Positions 63,375 through 64,000 of a DNA stretch of 64,000 bases are shown one piece after another. The notes beneath the pieces were generated by a model. That model saw only the letters and a program-made list of their open reading frames with translations. It was not told the origin of the DNA and did not search any database. A program made the translations under genes and the position numbers. This DNA comes from Mobula hypostoma. Lineage: Eukaryota. Within the stretch, counting starts at the first letter, position 1. Every line of letters begins with the position of its first letter. The stretch covers positions 9,424,001-9,488,000 of the forward strand of contig NC_086108.1 in the NCBI RefSeq assembly GCF_963921235.1. The letters run 5' to 3'.

Positions 63375-63458
63375 CTCCTAAGGCATGCTCTGTCATACTG
63401 AGGCAAAGGGACTCCAATCTCGTGTTAATCTCCGGTTCCGTCACTGGCACTTGACATT
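63375..63458 (-). CDS. SAMD4B: Penultimate coding exon of a Smaug homologue ([27 protein letters not shown])
   Basis: Acceptor ttttttgctattttaccag|AA, donor GGAG|gtaggt, 84 nt phase 1 to phase 1. [14 protein letters not shown] is the conserved SAMD4A/B C-terminal motif. The B assignment rests on linkage to MRPS12. Confidence 0.9.
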
Positions 63459-63774
63459 CTGGTAAAATAGCAAAAAAACCTTAGTAAACCAAAACAGTGA
63501 ATACCAAAATCTGTCCTGTCCTTCCGTTTCTGTGGTCAAAGGCTGCTGAGTATTCTGGGATTTATTTCCAGTGATGTTAACAGCTGTTCTTTCTGGGTGA
63601 AACAAATCTGAGTCCCTTAGAAGGTGCAAATACAGTCTGATTATGCACGGAGCGTTTTGCATGTGATTAGCTTTCTGGTGCAGATTTTCATCTGATCTAC
63701 ATCTCCTCAGGTTCCCCAATATCAAACTAAAACCTCTCAACTTTCTACTCTACAATGGAACATCTCACTCCCTC

Positions 63775-64000
63775 TGTGAATGGTGCTGCAGCAAAAGCCT
63801 TGCACTCAACGTCAGTAAGACAGAAGAACAGACTGTGGACTTTAGTAAGGGTAAGACAAGGGAACACACATCAGTCCTCAGAGAGGGATCAGAAGTGAAG
63901 AGAGTTAGCAATTTCAAGTTCCTGGGTGTCAATATCTCTGAGGATCTAACCTGGGTCCAACATACTGATGCAGCTACAAAGGCAGGAAAACAGCGGCTAT
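63775..64000 (+). mobile_element. Rex1/Babar-like LINE RT fragment, runs off the window
   Basis: LALNVSK..EGSEVKRVSNFKFLGVNISEDLTW. Confidence 0.75.

Overview
Vertebrate genomic DNA, most likely a cartilaginous fish (ray/shark-type repeat landscape dominated by CR1, Rex1/Babar-like, Penelope-like, RTE and L1 retroelements; the taxon is inferred). Three host genes could be reconstructed by hand from splice signals and reading-frame phase. (1) On the minus strand, a three-coding-exon gene (11201-10941, 6456-6321, 3932-2041; 762 aa) derived from a hAT transposase. It has two BED zinc fingers and a degenerate catalytic core. (2) On the plus strand, MRPS12 (coding exons 17524-17572 and 31262-31698; 161 aa), apparently head-to-head with the ZBED-like gene across one CpG island at about 13.55-14.1 kb. 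(3) On the minus strand, the last two exons of a Smaug gene (SAMD4B-like; 63458-63375 and 60681-60653) with a ~6.5 kb 3' UTR free of recognisable transposons. Most of the remainder is transposon-derived. Notable items there are minimal hammerhead-ribozyme motifs at Penelope 3' ends, a 5'-inverted (twin-primed) L1 with a target-site duplication, an internally deleted Tigger carrying a ~280-nt fold-back, a mariner fold-back MITE, a 95-bp LINE-derived minisatellite and a minisatellite that multiplies a splice donor. Everything was read by eye without database searches, and repeat boundaries are approximate.
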